Notes under the pieces: generated by a model
Database searches by the model: none
Seen by the model: only the letters and a program-made list of their open reading frames with translations
Told to the model about the DNA's origin: nothing
Translations under genes and position numbers: made by a program
Shown here: piece after piece, positions 50,195 through 62,345 of the stretch
How positions within the stretch are numbered: the stretch's first letter is position 1
Layout: the number at the start of each line of letters is the position of its first letter
NCBI GenBank assembly: GCA_030390025.1
Contig: CM059432.1
Span: 85,686,001-85,750,000 of the forward strand
Length of the DNA: 64,000 bases
Source: Squalus acanthias
Lineage: Eukaryota
Direction: 5' to 3'

Positions 50195-51225
50195 AACTTT
50201 CTGAACTCACATCTTTCTCTAGTTTCTCTCCTATCTCCCCTCATGCCCTCTCTGAGCTCATCTTCTCCATGAGACCCACCTCTTGCTCCCTCAACCCTAT
50301 TCCCACCAAACTGCTGACCACCCAACTTCCCTTCCTGGCCCCCATGTTAGCTGATATTGTTGACCGTTCCCATTCCTCGGGTACTGTCCCCCTCCCATTC
50401 AAATCTGCCATCATCACCCACTCCTCAAAAAACCCCACCCTTGACCCCACTGTCCTTGCAAACTACCGCCCCATCTCCAACCTCCCTTTCCTCTCAAATC
50501 CTTGAATGTATTGGCGCCTCCCAAATCCGTGTCCATCTTTCCCGCAACTCCATGTTTGAATACCTCTAACCGGGTTTCTGCCCTGCCACAGCACTGAAAC
50601 GGCCCTTATCAAAATCACAAATTACATCCTGTATGACTGTGACCGTGCTAAACTATCGCTCCTCATCCTTCTCGACCGCTCTGCAGCCTTTGACGCAGTT
50701 GACCACGCCATCCTCCTCCAACGCCTGTCCTCCGTTGTTGAGCTAGCTGGGACTGCCTTACCCTGGTTCCATTCCAATCTATCCAGTCGTAGCCAGAGAA
50801 TCACCTGCAATGACTTCTCGCTCCTGCACAGTTGCCTCTGGACTCCCTCAAGGATCTATTCTTGGCCCCCTCCTATTTCTCATCTACATGCTGCCCCCTC
50901 AGCGATATCTTCCAAAAACATGACATCCGGTTCCACATGTACGCTGACTACACCCAGTGCTACCTCACCACCATTTCTGTCGACCCCGCCACTGTGTCTG
51001 ATTTGTCACGCTGCTTGTCTGACATCCAGTATTGGATGAGCAGAAATTTCCTGTAATTAAATATTGGAAAGTCCGAAGCCATAGTCTTCAGTCCCCGCCA
51101 CAAACTCCATTCCCTCGTCATTGACTTCATCCGTCTACTTGGCCACTGTCTGAGGCTGATCCAAACTATTTGCAACCTTGGTGTCCTATTTGACCCTGAG
51201 CAGAACTACTGACCCCATATCCCCT
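50195..51225 (+). mobile_element. L2 LINE RT fragment
   Basis: PTSCSLNPIPTKLL, LDPTVLANYRPISNLPFLS, HSTETALIKI, FHMYADYTQ. Confidence 0.88.
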
Positions 51226-51365
51226 TTAATGAATTAGGCATTAAACCAAATAAATGTATTAAACATTCAAAGAATAAGTGAACAGTAGTAATGGCACAAC
51301 ATAGATTTTACAGTAATTATTAAACTGAACTATCTCCACGAGAAAATAGAAAATAAATAGTCGCA

Positions 51366-52002
51366 ACTACAACAACAACAACTTGTATTTATATAGCGCC
51401 TTTAGCTTTAGTAAAACGTCCCAAGGCACTTCACGAGTGTTATCAAACAAAATTTGACACTAAGCTACATAAGGAGAAATTAGGGCAGATGACCAAAAGC
51501 TAGATCAAAGAGGTAGGTTTTAAGGAGCGTCTTAAAGGAGGAAAGAGAGGTGGAGAGGTTTAGAGAGGGAACTCGAGAGCTTCGTGCCTTGGCAGCTGAA
51601 GGCACGGCCGCCAATGGTGCAGCGATTAAAATCGGGGATGCTTGAGGCCAGCATTGGAGGAGCGCAGATATTTCAGAGGGTTGTGGGGCTGGAGGAGATT
51701 AGAGATAGGGAGGGCAAAGCCATGAAAACAAGGATGAGAATTTTAAAATCTAGGCGTTGCTTAACCGGAGCCGATGTAGGTCAGCGAACACAGGGGTGAT
51801 GGGCTATGATCCCTGTAATTTATTTTGGCCCTGCGCGGCCCCTTAAATACCGCGCATGTGCGGTTTTTACATTGAAAAGCCGGCTGTGTAGGTTCCCTTG
51901 AGCAGTGCGCATCTGTGCGGCCTGCGCACCTTACAGGAACACTGGTGATGGGCGAATGGGACTTGTTGCGAGTTAGGTCACAGGCAGCAGAGTTTTGGAT
52001 AA
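51366..52002 (-). mobile_element. L2 LINE 3' end, split by a MITE
   Basis: (AAC)n-TTGTATTTATATAGCGCC tail; L2 ORF2 C-terminal remnant. Confidence 0.82.
51804..51944. mobile_element. hAT-type MITE (141 bp), related to 9281-9435
   Basis: Perfect 8-bp TSD GTGATGGG (51796-51803, 51945-51952); degenerate TIRs CTATGATCCCTGTAA / TTACAGGAACACTG. Confidence 0.8.
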
Positions 52003-52517
52003 CTCTGAAAAGTGAAAAAGTTCTGCCTGACCTGCCTACCTTACTCTAACTTCCCAATTTTAATTTGTCCTGGTATTTTCACCTTTTACCAGAGTGAACA
52101 ATTTGCTTGGATTTGTTTTGTCAGCTCCCTTCATAATCTTAAATAGTTCAGTTAGGTTACCTCAAAACCTCTTTTCCAAATAAGCAAACCTAACTGAATT
52201 AACCATTTATTTCAGGGGTGAGGATAAGATGTGAAGCACTAAATGTAAGCTGTTGTAATATTTTGTGTGGAAAATTGTTTACCAGGCTAAGCAGGTAATT
52301 TATAGGGAAGGTCAGAATTATCATCCTAGCACCTATGTAGCTAATGATCACATGCACTCAATTTCAAAAAGTCGTCTTTAATATATAATATATTCCCTTG
52401 TGAATGATCTAGTAGCAGACAATACTTGTCATAACAGGGAATGTTTATTAATTATCCAATTTATAAAGAGCTGCAAATCAACTTACTGCTGTATTTAAAT
52501 AAGTATTTATTTTAAAG

Positions 52518-52712
52518 CCCTGGTTATGGGAAGAAGACATGCAGCTAAAGGAAGGAGTGAGAAGATTTGGATCTGGAAATTGGACCAAGATTCTGGAGCA
52601 CTATGAATTCAACAATCGTACCAGTGTAATGCTGAAGGACAGATGGAGAACCATGAAAAAGCTCTGCATGGTCAACTCTGATGGTGATGATGATGATGAT
52701 GATGGTAGCTGA
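52518..52712 (+). CDS. TERF1: TERF1 exon 10 (telobox Myb domain, stop codon)
   Basis: [70 protein letters not shown] and [19 protein letters not shown] are TRF1-type, not TRF2-type. Confidence 0.97.
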   Translation, partial: PWLWEEDMQLKEGVRRFGSGNWTKILEHYEFNNRTSVMLKDRWRTMKKLCMVNSDGDDDDDDGS

Positions 52713-53457
52713 GAAATAATAGCACTAAAAATTCCACAGCCATTGACCATCATAAATGAAGGGATGGACTGGTGATCTTTTTCACATTTTTATGGTAATG
52801 TGTAGATCAACCTATTTAACTACCAGATTCATCGCTTTGAAACATCTGTGTTCATTCAGTAGGCTTTGAGCAGGACTTGATATTATCAGACACATTTGGT
52901 AAATTTCTCAAATATACCATCTAATTGTAGCATTATTGTGTCTTGTGTTTATCTAAATTCTGTCTTGCTTTTTGTAATGAAATGCTCGCTTTGTGAAATA
53001 TGAAGATTGCAGCACATCTGAATAATTTTTCTTAATGTTGTGTTCCTTAAACATGGGTGTAGAGACCAATCGAGGCATAACAGATATTTTATTTAGATCT
53101 TTCCCAGAGTTTGAGGTTGAGTAAACTGCAAGTGAATGGGAAGTGACTTATCAAAGATGTGTGTATATATACTAAAGAGCATCAAACCTTTACACGAGAG
53201 CCCATTAGCCTATTTTGTGAGCTGCTGTGAAAATCCTATTTGTTGTTCTCATTTAGTATAGAAATTGCAATGAAAAGTTCACACCATATAATTGGCATTA
53301 AAAAATTGTTTTACCAAAATATCCCCACACAGTGCTACTTTAGTAACATTGTATAAAAGAACATATTGCAAGTAATGACCAGATAGAGAATAGTGATCGT
53401 TTCCCAGTGTACTGTGTGGGGTGGGGTATTGAAATTTTGATGTTGTCAGTCTTGTGC

Positions 53458-53580
53458 CTTTTCCCACATTACAACAGTGACTCTACTTTATAAGTACTTC
53501 ATTGGCTGTAAAGCGCTTTGAGACGTCCAGTGGTCATGAAAGGCGCTATATAGATGTCTGTCTGTCTCTTTTTTTTCCTT
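53458..53580 (+). mobile_element. 3' fragment of the tRNA-SINE inside the presumptive TERF1 3' UTR
   Basis: Matches 5187-5300 (ACATTACAACAGTGACT...GTAAAGCGCTTTGAGACGTCCAGTGGTC). Confidence 0.8.
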
Positions 53581-54246
53581 CTTAGTGTTGAACTCCAAGC
53601 CAGAGGGTCAGTGTTTAAACCCTATTCTCAATGGCTGTTATTGGAACACACTTGTTAGATGGGTTTTACAAGTTCCCAGTTTGGTAGTGAAGGGACAAGA
53701 AAAGACCTGACAGGACCAGTTCTACCCCACAAAAGTGTGGCAGCTCCTTTCAGCTTATTGTGGAGCAACAGTAATCTGTGGAGATGTCTGCATTCTCAGC
53801 TCAAATCATCATCTCCTGTTTGAAAGAGAAACCATGCCAGTAGAAAAACAATTCTAAATGGCTGAATGAACTCTTGGGAGTTCAAAATTTTATGGGAACT
53901 AAATGCAGTTTGATTCTAAATGTTATGCATATCCCATATTGGGGTGCCGATTTTATTAACGTTTCGCTGCATTGTGTAAGATCTGCTGCTGTATACTGTG
54001 CGAGTTTGGTAAAATCACAGTGCATTCCTGGTTTTGTTTGTATCATTGCAGGAGTGTTGGCTGGAAGCTAGCCAACTCCCTATAGGAAGGGAAACTGCAG
54101 AGCAGCAACATGAGACCATTGTTACATGCCCATTATTGAATGATGCTGCCAGGAGCTTAAAAAAAAAAAATTTTGGGAAGGAGGATTTTTATTTTAAATC
54201 AAATGATAGAAATACTGTCCAGCTTCATATCTGTATGTGATATGTG

Positions 54247-54252
54247 AATAAA
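54247..54252 (+). terminator. TERF1: Candidate TERF1 polyadenylation signal
   Basis: First AATAAA I found after the stop, followed by GT/T-rich sequence. Implies a 3' UTR of about 1.55 kb. Confidence 0.4.
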
Positions 54253-55966
54253 TGTTGTTCATGACATCAGATTGCAGCATTTGTCTCTTTTGTTACAACA
54301 TGCTTCAATATTTATCATTTTTAAAATTTCTACCCCCATTTGACGCCCGACTCCCTTGCTAATAGTGAGCATGGATCATTCACCCTTCCCAATGCATTTT
54401 TAGTTTTTGAAAACGTTAAGATACCATTATATATTCCAATATGCCCAAACTGTGACCAATATTTAATGTATGCAATTTTTGTACTTTTTAATTTAAAGCA
54501 TCTTTTAGAGTAAACATGGTCTTATTCTATCAATGATAAATTTCCCTTGTACATTAGAAGTTTTGTAAGAAAGAGAATAGGTAAATTCTGAGAAATATCC
54601 AAAGGACTCTGCACTTGAGCAAGAATACTGAGGCAATTCTTCCCAGTTTGTAACTGAGAGTATTACTGTTCGGTGTCTTTTTGCATTCTTCCTGTTTAGT
54701 TACCTTAATCCAAAGAAAGACTTGGTGAACTTTTGGTTTCTTTGTTGGCAGTACGTGAACTGAAATGCTTACAATGCCTGCAACAGTGAATAAACTGGAT
54801 TTCTTAGGATCACAATTTTGCAAGAGGGAGAAACAAACAAAAAGAGCTGTTTACCCTGAGCTTGGCCTCTGGGCTAGGGAATAGTACATAGGACCAAATA
54901 ACTTGACTGGAAGGGTGGAGGTGGACAGATGTCAACTCCCATTACAAATGCTTCGTTATGATTTCCAACTTCTGCATTGTTTCTAAATATCCATTTTTCA
55001 GTATTTCTACTTTGTAAATTCATTGAAGTGTATTAGGTTTAAATGAATGAATGACTGTGCATGAGCAGGTAGCAAGTTACCTTTATAACCCTTTTCAACA
55101 AATCCACTGTCTGGTAGCATATTTGAGCCAGCACACGCTATCTTGTTTCCTCAGTCCACAGTTCCTGGTCTGAATCAGAGTGTTGTGGGAAATGCTAAGG
55201 GAAAGCAAGACTTTCTAAATAGAATAGAGGGAAAATCAATAGGAAGGTCATCTCCAGATGGCCCTTGTGCAGAGCATCATCTGCCCTCTCTTATTTTAGT
55301 TGGTGCACGACTTGGTAGACCAGAGTGAAAATGGAAAGGAAAAATAATAGAATTAATTTTTTAAAACAGGTGAAACACAACTGCAGTGTCTGATGAGAAG
55401 GCTGATACTCCTATTGTATACACATTTGTCAGTGCACCAGTATCAACTAAACTGAATTCCCAAAAGTGTGTAACTAATTATATCACTGCTACAAAACACA
55501 ACCACCCCAATCTGGTCAGAAATGTTCAAGTTGTTTGACATGTTCTATGCATATCTGTAAGTGAAGTCCCATTGAGCCCTTTTGGATTGGATGTTTTTAT
55601 CCCTGTTTTTAAAAAGAAAATGCGCGACAATAGTGGAACATCATCATGCAGTGCTGTAAACTGACGGGACGCAGGTTTGATTCTTTCATTCTCCTGAGTA
55701 CCTGGCCTTGATGACATGGGGCTGGATTTTCCCAGCGGAGGTGGGTTTGTGGCGGGTTCCGGTCCTGCTGCCAGTTCCAACAGCACTGAACGATTTTCAT
55801 TAGATTGGCTTATTAAGCCCGCTATGCGCATTACCCGGCCCAATCGGTGGGTTCGGGTTTGCTGCTCGCCTTTGCTGATGTCTTCGACTCCGCTGCATTT
55901 AAGGGGCCCATGTAGCCTTTGGATTTCATTTACTTTCTGATGCTCCTGAGTGCTGGCCTTTGCGAG

Positions 55967-57780
55967 ATGACTGCTTCAAGAACAAAGGCTGCTCCCCGCT
56001 TTGATGATGACTTCCTCCATGCTCTTGTGGAGGGAGTAAGAAGGCGCAGGGAGGTTCTGTTCCCTTCCAATTGACGGAGGCAGCCTCCTCGGCACACAAA
56101 GGCAGCCTGGCTGCAAATTGCTGAGGAGGTAAGCGCTAGGTCTGTGTGCTCACGCACCTGGGTTCAGTGTAGAAAAAGGTTCAATGACCTGCTACGCTCA
56201 GCAACCATGAGTATAACATCACACTTGCCTTCAATCTGCTTCCCATCTCCTCTCATCACCAGCACTCTGCATTGTCAACCTACCTGCACATCCCAACTTA
56301 CCCTTACATCCCTTGCACCCTTAACCATCCCTCTCTATGTACCGAATCACTTCACCAACCTACTATGCACCCCTCACACTCGCTCTCACTTATGCAATGA
56401 CAACAACTAACCGCACAGGGAGGGACCTAGGTATTGGCACCTCACTCCATCGTTGTCTCCCTCTAAGCATCTATGTTATGGATTCTTTACACTCACTCCA
56501 TCAATCTCTCTGAAACTCTACTTGTGTCCCTCATTGCAGGAAAAGAGCCCACAATAAGAGGGGGAGGACAGGAGGAGGGCCCACCTTCCATGGCGCATTT
56601 AACTAACGCTGAGGAGGCTGCTATCGAGATCGTCAGAGTTGCAGAGGAGCTGGAAGTGGGGGACGGAGAGATGAGCACAGTACAGCAAGCTGGTGACGGA
56701 ATAGATTTGCAACCCTCATTTAGATTTCATGAGTGACTGATACGGCATCTGATGTTCATAGAGATTGAGTTCTGATCATCTGTGCAATGGGATGTATCTG
56801 CTACCTAAATATTACATGTCTAACTCATGCCTTTACTCCCCCACAGGACCATCGAGAGCCCCTCTCCCCACTATCCAGGAGGAAGAGCTGGACGACTCGT
56901 CGGAGAAACCTGAAGCCTCTGAGGGAGCCGAGTCACCAGAAATGAGCGTACCCAGCACCAGCACAGAGACGCGCACCTCAGTGGGTCCTTTGCGAGATAG
57001 AGTAGTGTTGTCAACTGGTGTATCACAGCTCACAAGTGAGCATCAACAGATGGTGGAGACAGGGACAGCAGTGGAGACTCCTCGTCAGGCTGCTGGACGC
57101 TCTTAGCTCTGCTCAGCTGCATGTAGATGCTGTGCCTCTGGGGCCATCCAGAAAGAGAGCAGTGCTAGAGCTTCAGGAACAAGTGTAGGAGGCTCTGACA
57201 GGGTTTGCAACCATGGTAACTGCAAGTGTGCAGAGAATGGAGGAGTCCATGTCAAACATCAGCAATGCTGTGATGCACACAATGGGAAAAGATGGCAACC
57301 TCCATGGAGGACATAAATCGCCAGACTCCGGAGAACATGGTAACACTTCTAAATAGATGGCCATCTATGGAGGAGAGAAACCAGAGGTTCATGGACGTCC
57401 TTGTTATGAGGAATGTTAGCGCAGAAATGGGTCCTCATGGCCCCACTGATGTGCAGCAAGGTGTTCTCCAGATACTTGCTAGCAGTGAAGTGCGGGCGAC
57501 CCATGAGAGGGATGTTGGTGGTCGACAAGGAAGAGTGGGCTCCTCTCCAAGCGCTCATTCTCCCATGCCACTGCGGAGCCCTCGGTCAGAACCCCAGATT
57601 CCTCACCCAACTGAGTTGGCCGTCTCCGCACCTGCACAGACGCAGGAGGAGCAAACTTTTGGGGAGCTTTCCCAGGCTCCCAAACCTAGAGGACGCCCGC
57701 CAAAAGCAGCAGAGAAGTGAGCAAGCTGCCTCTACGTCTGCTGAAGCTACAGGGGAAGCACCATGTAAGAGAAACCTAAC
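55967..57780 (+). pseudogene. Harbinger Myb/SANT-like (MADF/trihelix) DNA-binding gene, about 3 exons, inactivated
   Basis: MTASRTKAAPRFDDDFLHALVEGVRRRREVLFPSN*RR...AWLQIAEEVSARSVCSRTWVQCRKRFNDLLR. Stop at 56072; donor decayed to ATGAGT (56207); acceptors near 56539 and 56847. Confidence 0.8.
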
Positions 57781-58074
57781 ACACATAGTCACAAGGGTAG
57801 TCACTTGGGTGTTTTGATATAATACAAAGTTACGTTTGTCATCTTTATTTCTATTGTATTAAACAAATACGATGTCAAAGAATCAAAGAGTTGGCCGATG
57901 TGTGCTCAGAATTGGAAGTGACACAGTAAGGGGTGAGGGTGCCTTTCATCTGCAGTGATGGTGGGGAGAGTGACAGGAATGCACAGTTAATTGTACAGAT
58001 GCTGTATGGTGTGTAATGACGGTCCTGCAAACCCTCATATCCATGTGCCAGCCACATGTCTTTGCTGCGTAAAG

Positions 58075-59053
58075 TTACGCGAATCTGGCATGGATTAGTG
58101 CATCTCTTGCCTCACAGCCATCAATGTGCTGATGGCACTGGGACATTCGCTTCCGCCAGGTCTTCCTCATCTGCACCCTCATTTGGCTATTCCTCCTCCT
58201 CTGAGGAGGCTGTGCGCTCTGCCACTTTTTCCTCAGGCAGTGGTAAGCCATGCTGCAGTGTGATGTGCAGGGCACAGCAGATGACGATGATTCTGGACAC
58301 CCTGGCTGGTGCGTACTGAAGGGATCCACCAGATTTGTCCAGGTATCTGCAGCGCATTTTGAGCAAGCCTATGGTTTGCTCTATGAGGCTTCTGGTGGAA
58401 ATGTGGCTGTCATTGTAGTGCTCCTCAGATTCGTTTGATGGCCTCCTCATCGGTCTCATTAGCCACGTCTTCAGGGGATAGCCCTTGTCTCTAAGTAGCC
58501 ATCCAGAAAGTTGGGTTGGCGGATTGAAGAGCTGAGGCACAGTAGACTGCCGCAGGATGAACGAGTCATGGCAACTGCCAGGGAACTTTGCGCAAACATG
58601 CATAATGTTCTTCCTGTGGTTACACACCAGCTGGCCGTTAAGGGAGTGGAAGCCCTTGCGGTTCACAAATACAGCTGGGTTGTGATGGGGTGCCCTGATG
58701 GCCACATGTGTGCAGTCGATGATGCCCTGCACCCTTGAGAAGCCTGCCAGATTGGCAGTAACACTTGCTTCATCCGTTGAGAAGTGGATGTAATTGTGCG
58801 ACTTGGCAAGCAGGGCATCGGTAACCTGCGTGATGCAACTGTGTGCGGCTGACTGGGAGATGTCGCTGATGTCTGCTGCTGATCCCTGGAAGGACCCTGA
58901 AGCAAAGAAGTTGAGGGCGGTGGTGACTTTGACAGCCACTGGTAAGGAGTGTCCACCCGCTCCTCTGGGCTGCAGGTGTTGGTGCAGCATTGTGCAGATG
59001 TTAGCAATTACCTCTCCTGAAAGTCTCAGCCTCCTTTGGCACTGCTGCTCACT
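58075..59053 (-). pseudogene. Harbinger (HARBI1-like) DDE transposase, main part
   Basis: [62 protein letters not shown]; frameshifted C-terminus ARDALIHARFA*. Confidence 0.92.
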
Positions 59054-60554
59054 TTTTGTTTTATTATTCGTTCATGGGATGTGGGCGTCGCTGGCGAGGC
59101 CAACATTCATTGCCCATCCCTAATTGCCCTTGAGAAGGTGGTGGTGAGCCGCCGCCTTGAACCGCTGCAGTCCGTGTGGTGAAGGTACCCCCACAGTGCT
59201 GCTAGGGAGAGAGTTCCAAGATTTTGGACCAGCGACGATGAAGGAACGGCGATATACTTCCAAGTCAGGATGGTGTGTGACTTGGAGGAGAACTTGGAGG
59301 TGGTGGTGTTCCGATGCGCCTGCTGCCCTTGTCCTTCTAGGTGGAAGAGGTCGCGGGTTTGGGAGGTGCTGCCGAAGAAGCCTTGGCGAGTTGCTGCTGT
59401 GCATCTTGTAGATGGTACACACTGCAGCCACGGTATGCCGGTGGTGGAGGGAGTGAATGTTTAACGTCATGGATGAGGTGCCAATCAAGCGGGCTGCTTT
59501 GTCCTGGATGGTGTCGAGCTTCTTGAGTGTTGTTGGAGCTGCACTCATCCAGGCAAGTGGAGAGTATTCCATCACACTCCTAACTTGTGCTTTGTAGATG
59601 GTGGAAAGGCTTTGGGGAGTCAGGAGGGGAGACACTCGCCGCAGAATACCTAGCCTCTGACCTGCTCTTGTTGCCACAGTATTTATGTGGCTGGTCCAGT
59701 TAAGTTTCTGGTCAATGGTGACCCCCCAGGATATTGATGGTGGGGGATTCGACAATGGTAATGCTGTTGAATGTCAATGGGTGGTGGTTAGACTCTTGCT
59801 TGTTAGAAATAGTCATTGCCTGGCACTTCTGTGGCGCGAATGTTACCTGCCACTTATCATCGTCCAGGTCTTGTTGCATGCGGGCATGGACTGCTTCATT
59901 ATCTGAGGAGTTGTGAGTGGCACTGAACACTGTGCAGTCATCAGCGAACATCCCCATTTCTGACCTTATGTTGGAAGGAAGGTCATTGATGAAGCAGCTA
60001 AAGATGTTTGGGCTTAGGACACTGCCCTGAGGAACTCCTGCAGCGATGTCCGGGGACTGTGATGATTGACCTCCAACCACCACAACCATCTTCCTTTGTG
60101 CTAGGAATTACTCCAGCCAGTGGAAAGTTTTCCCCCAGATTCCCATTGACTTCAGTTTTACTAGGGTTCCTTGATGCCACACTCGGTCAAATGCTGCCTT
60201 GATGTCAAGGGCAGTCACACTCACCTCACCTCTGGAATTCAGCTCCTTTGTCCACGTTTGGACCAAGGCTGTAATGAGGTCGGGAACCGAGTGGTCTTGG
60301 CGGAACCCAAACTGGGCATCAGTGAGCAGGTTATTGGTGAGTAAGTGTTGCTTGATAGCACTGTTGATGACACCTTCCATCACTCTGCTGATGATTGAGA
60401 GTAGACTGATGGGGCGGTAATTGGCTGGATTGGATTTGTCCTGCTTTTTGTGGACAGGACATACCTGGGCAGTTTTCCACATTGTCGGATAGATGCCAGT
60501 GTTGTAGCTGTACTGGAACAGCTTGGCTAGAGGAGCAGCTAGTCTGTAGCACAA
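59054..60554 (-). mobile_element. Zenon-like LINE, 3' part, inserted in the transposase
   Basis: Peptide nearly identical to 2855-4129; tail at 59054-59075. Confidence 0.92.
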
Positions 60555-61849
60555 AAGATTATTGCTTAAGGTAAAAAATCACGGGATTGGGGGTAATATT
60601 CTGGCATGGATAGAGGATTGGCTATCTAACAGAAAGCAAAGAGTTGGGATAAATGGTTCATTCTCAGACTGGCAATCAGTAACTAGTGGTGTTCCACAGG
60701 GGTCAGTGCTGGGTCCCCAACTCTTTACAATCTATATTAACGATTTGGAGGAAGGGACCAAGTGTAACATATCAAAATTTGCAGATGATACTAAGATGGG
60801 AGGGAAAGTAGTGAGTGAGGAGGACATAAAAAACCTGCAAGGGGACATAGACAGGCTAAGTAAGTGGGCAGAGATTTGGCAGATGGAATACAACACTGAA
60901 AGTGTGAGGTGATGCACTTTGGCAGGAAAAATCCTAGAGCAATTTATTATCTTAATGGCAAGAAACTGGAGAGTACTGAAGTGCAAAGGGATCTGGGAGT
61001 CCTGGTGCACGAAACTCAAAAGGTTAGTATGCAGGTGCAGCAAGTGATTAAGAAGGCAAATGGAATGTTGGCTTTCATTGCTAGGGGGATAGAATATAAA
61101 AATAGGGAGGTATTGCTTCAGTTGTACAAGGTATTGGTGAGACCGCACCTGGAATACTGCATACAGTTTTGGTGTCCTTACTTAAGGAAAGACATCCTTG
61201 CTCTTGAGGCAGTGCAAAAAAGGTTCACTCGGTTAATCCCGGGGATGAGGGGGTGGTCATATGAGGAGAGGTTGTGTAGATTGGGACTCTACTCATTGGA
61301 GTTCAGAAGAATGAGAGGCGATCTTATTGAAACATATAAGATTGTGAAGGGGTTGGATCGGGTGGATGCGGGGAGGATGTTCCCGATGACGGGTGAGACT
61401 AGAACTAGGGGACATAGTCTTAGAATAAGGGGCTGCTCTTTCAAAACTGAGATGAGGAGGAACTACTTCACTCAGAGGGTGGTAGGTCCATGGAATATGC
61501 TGCCACAAAAAGCTGTAGAAGCTACATCATTAAATAAATTTAAAACAGAAATAGACAGTTTCCTAGAAGTAAAGGGCATTAAGGGTTACGGGGAGCGGGC
61601 AGGAATTTGGACATGAGTCTAGGTTCGGATCGGTCATGGCCCTGTGGGTAGTGGAGCGGGCCCAGGGACCGTGTAGCCTGATTCTGCTCCTATTTCGTGT
61701 GTGCAATTCTGTTAGATGCAGGAGATGGTTCTGTGATAGTAGATAGTAGATTGGCGGTTAGGATCAGATCAGCCATGATCTTATTGAATGGCAGAGCAGG
61801 CTCGAGGGGCCGATTGGCCTACTCCTGCTCCTATTTCTTATGTTATGTT
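60550..61849 (+). mobile_element. 5'-truncated CR1 LINE nested in the Zenon-like LINE
   Basis: [30 protein letters not shown], one frameshift near 60900; 3' hairpin and TATGT tail. Confidence 0.93.
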
Positions 61850-62256
61850 AAGTCTTCAGCACACCAGCCAGGATGTTGTCGGGGCCCATAACCTTTGCTG
61901 TATCCAGTGTGCTGAGCCATTTCTTGATATCATGTGGAGTGAATCGAATTGACTGAAGACTGGCTTTTGTGATGGTGGGTACCTCAGGAGGAGGCCGATC
62001 TGGATCATCCACTCGGCACTTCTGGCTGAAGATGGTTGCAAACGCTTCAGCCTTGTCTTTTGCACTCACGTGCTGGGCTCCACCATCATTGAGGATGGGG
62101 ATATTCATGGCGCCTCCTCCTCCCGTTAGTTGTTTAATGGTCCACCACCATTCAAGACTGGATGTGGCAGGACTGCAGAGCTTTGATCTGATCCGTTGAT
62201 TGTAGGATCACTTAGCCCTGTCTATAGCATGCTGATTTCGCTGTTTAGCATGCATG
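61850..62256 (-). mobile_element. Zenon-like LINE, 5' part
   Basis: MNIPILNDGGAQHVSAKDKAEAFATIF, as at 2450-2530. Confidence 0.9.
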
Positions 62257-62345
62257 TTGAGGAAGCTCATCCTCGGCCTGTAAACCCTGTGTTGGGGGTA
62301 TCTCCTGCGGCGCAGCCCTGCAGTGATGCCCTCTGACCTGTGCAG
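62253..62345 (-). pseudogene. Harbinger transposase N-terminal part
   Basis: RRRRYPQHRVYRPRMSFLNM joins in frame to [12 protein letters not shown] at 59053. Start codon unclear. Confidence 0.8.

Noticed and set aside
52518..52712. TERF2 assignment
   Set aside because: Myb residues ([19 protein letters not shown]) and TRFH exons match TRF1; there is no basic GAR N-terminus.
54700..55320. Minus-strand exons of a neighbouring gene (e.g. SBSPON, suggested by a CSCTVIHSF peptide near 55040-55070)
   Set aside because: That frame has stops immediately upstream. Nearby AG/GT-bounded segments give no recognisable protein; transcript data would be needed.
58075..59053. Domesticated HARBI1 host gene
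   Set aside because: Split by a LINE, frameshifted, paired with a dead Myb/SANT gene and bounded by TIR remnants, so it is a transposon fossil.
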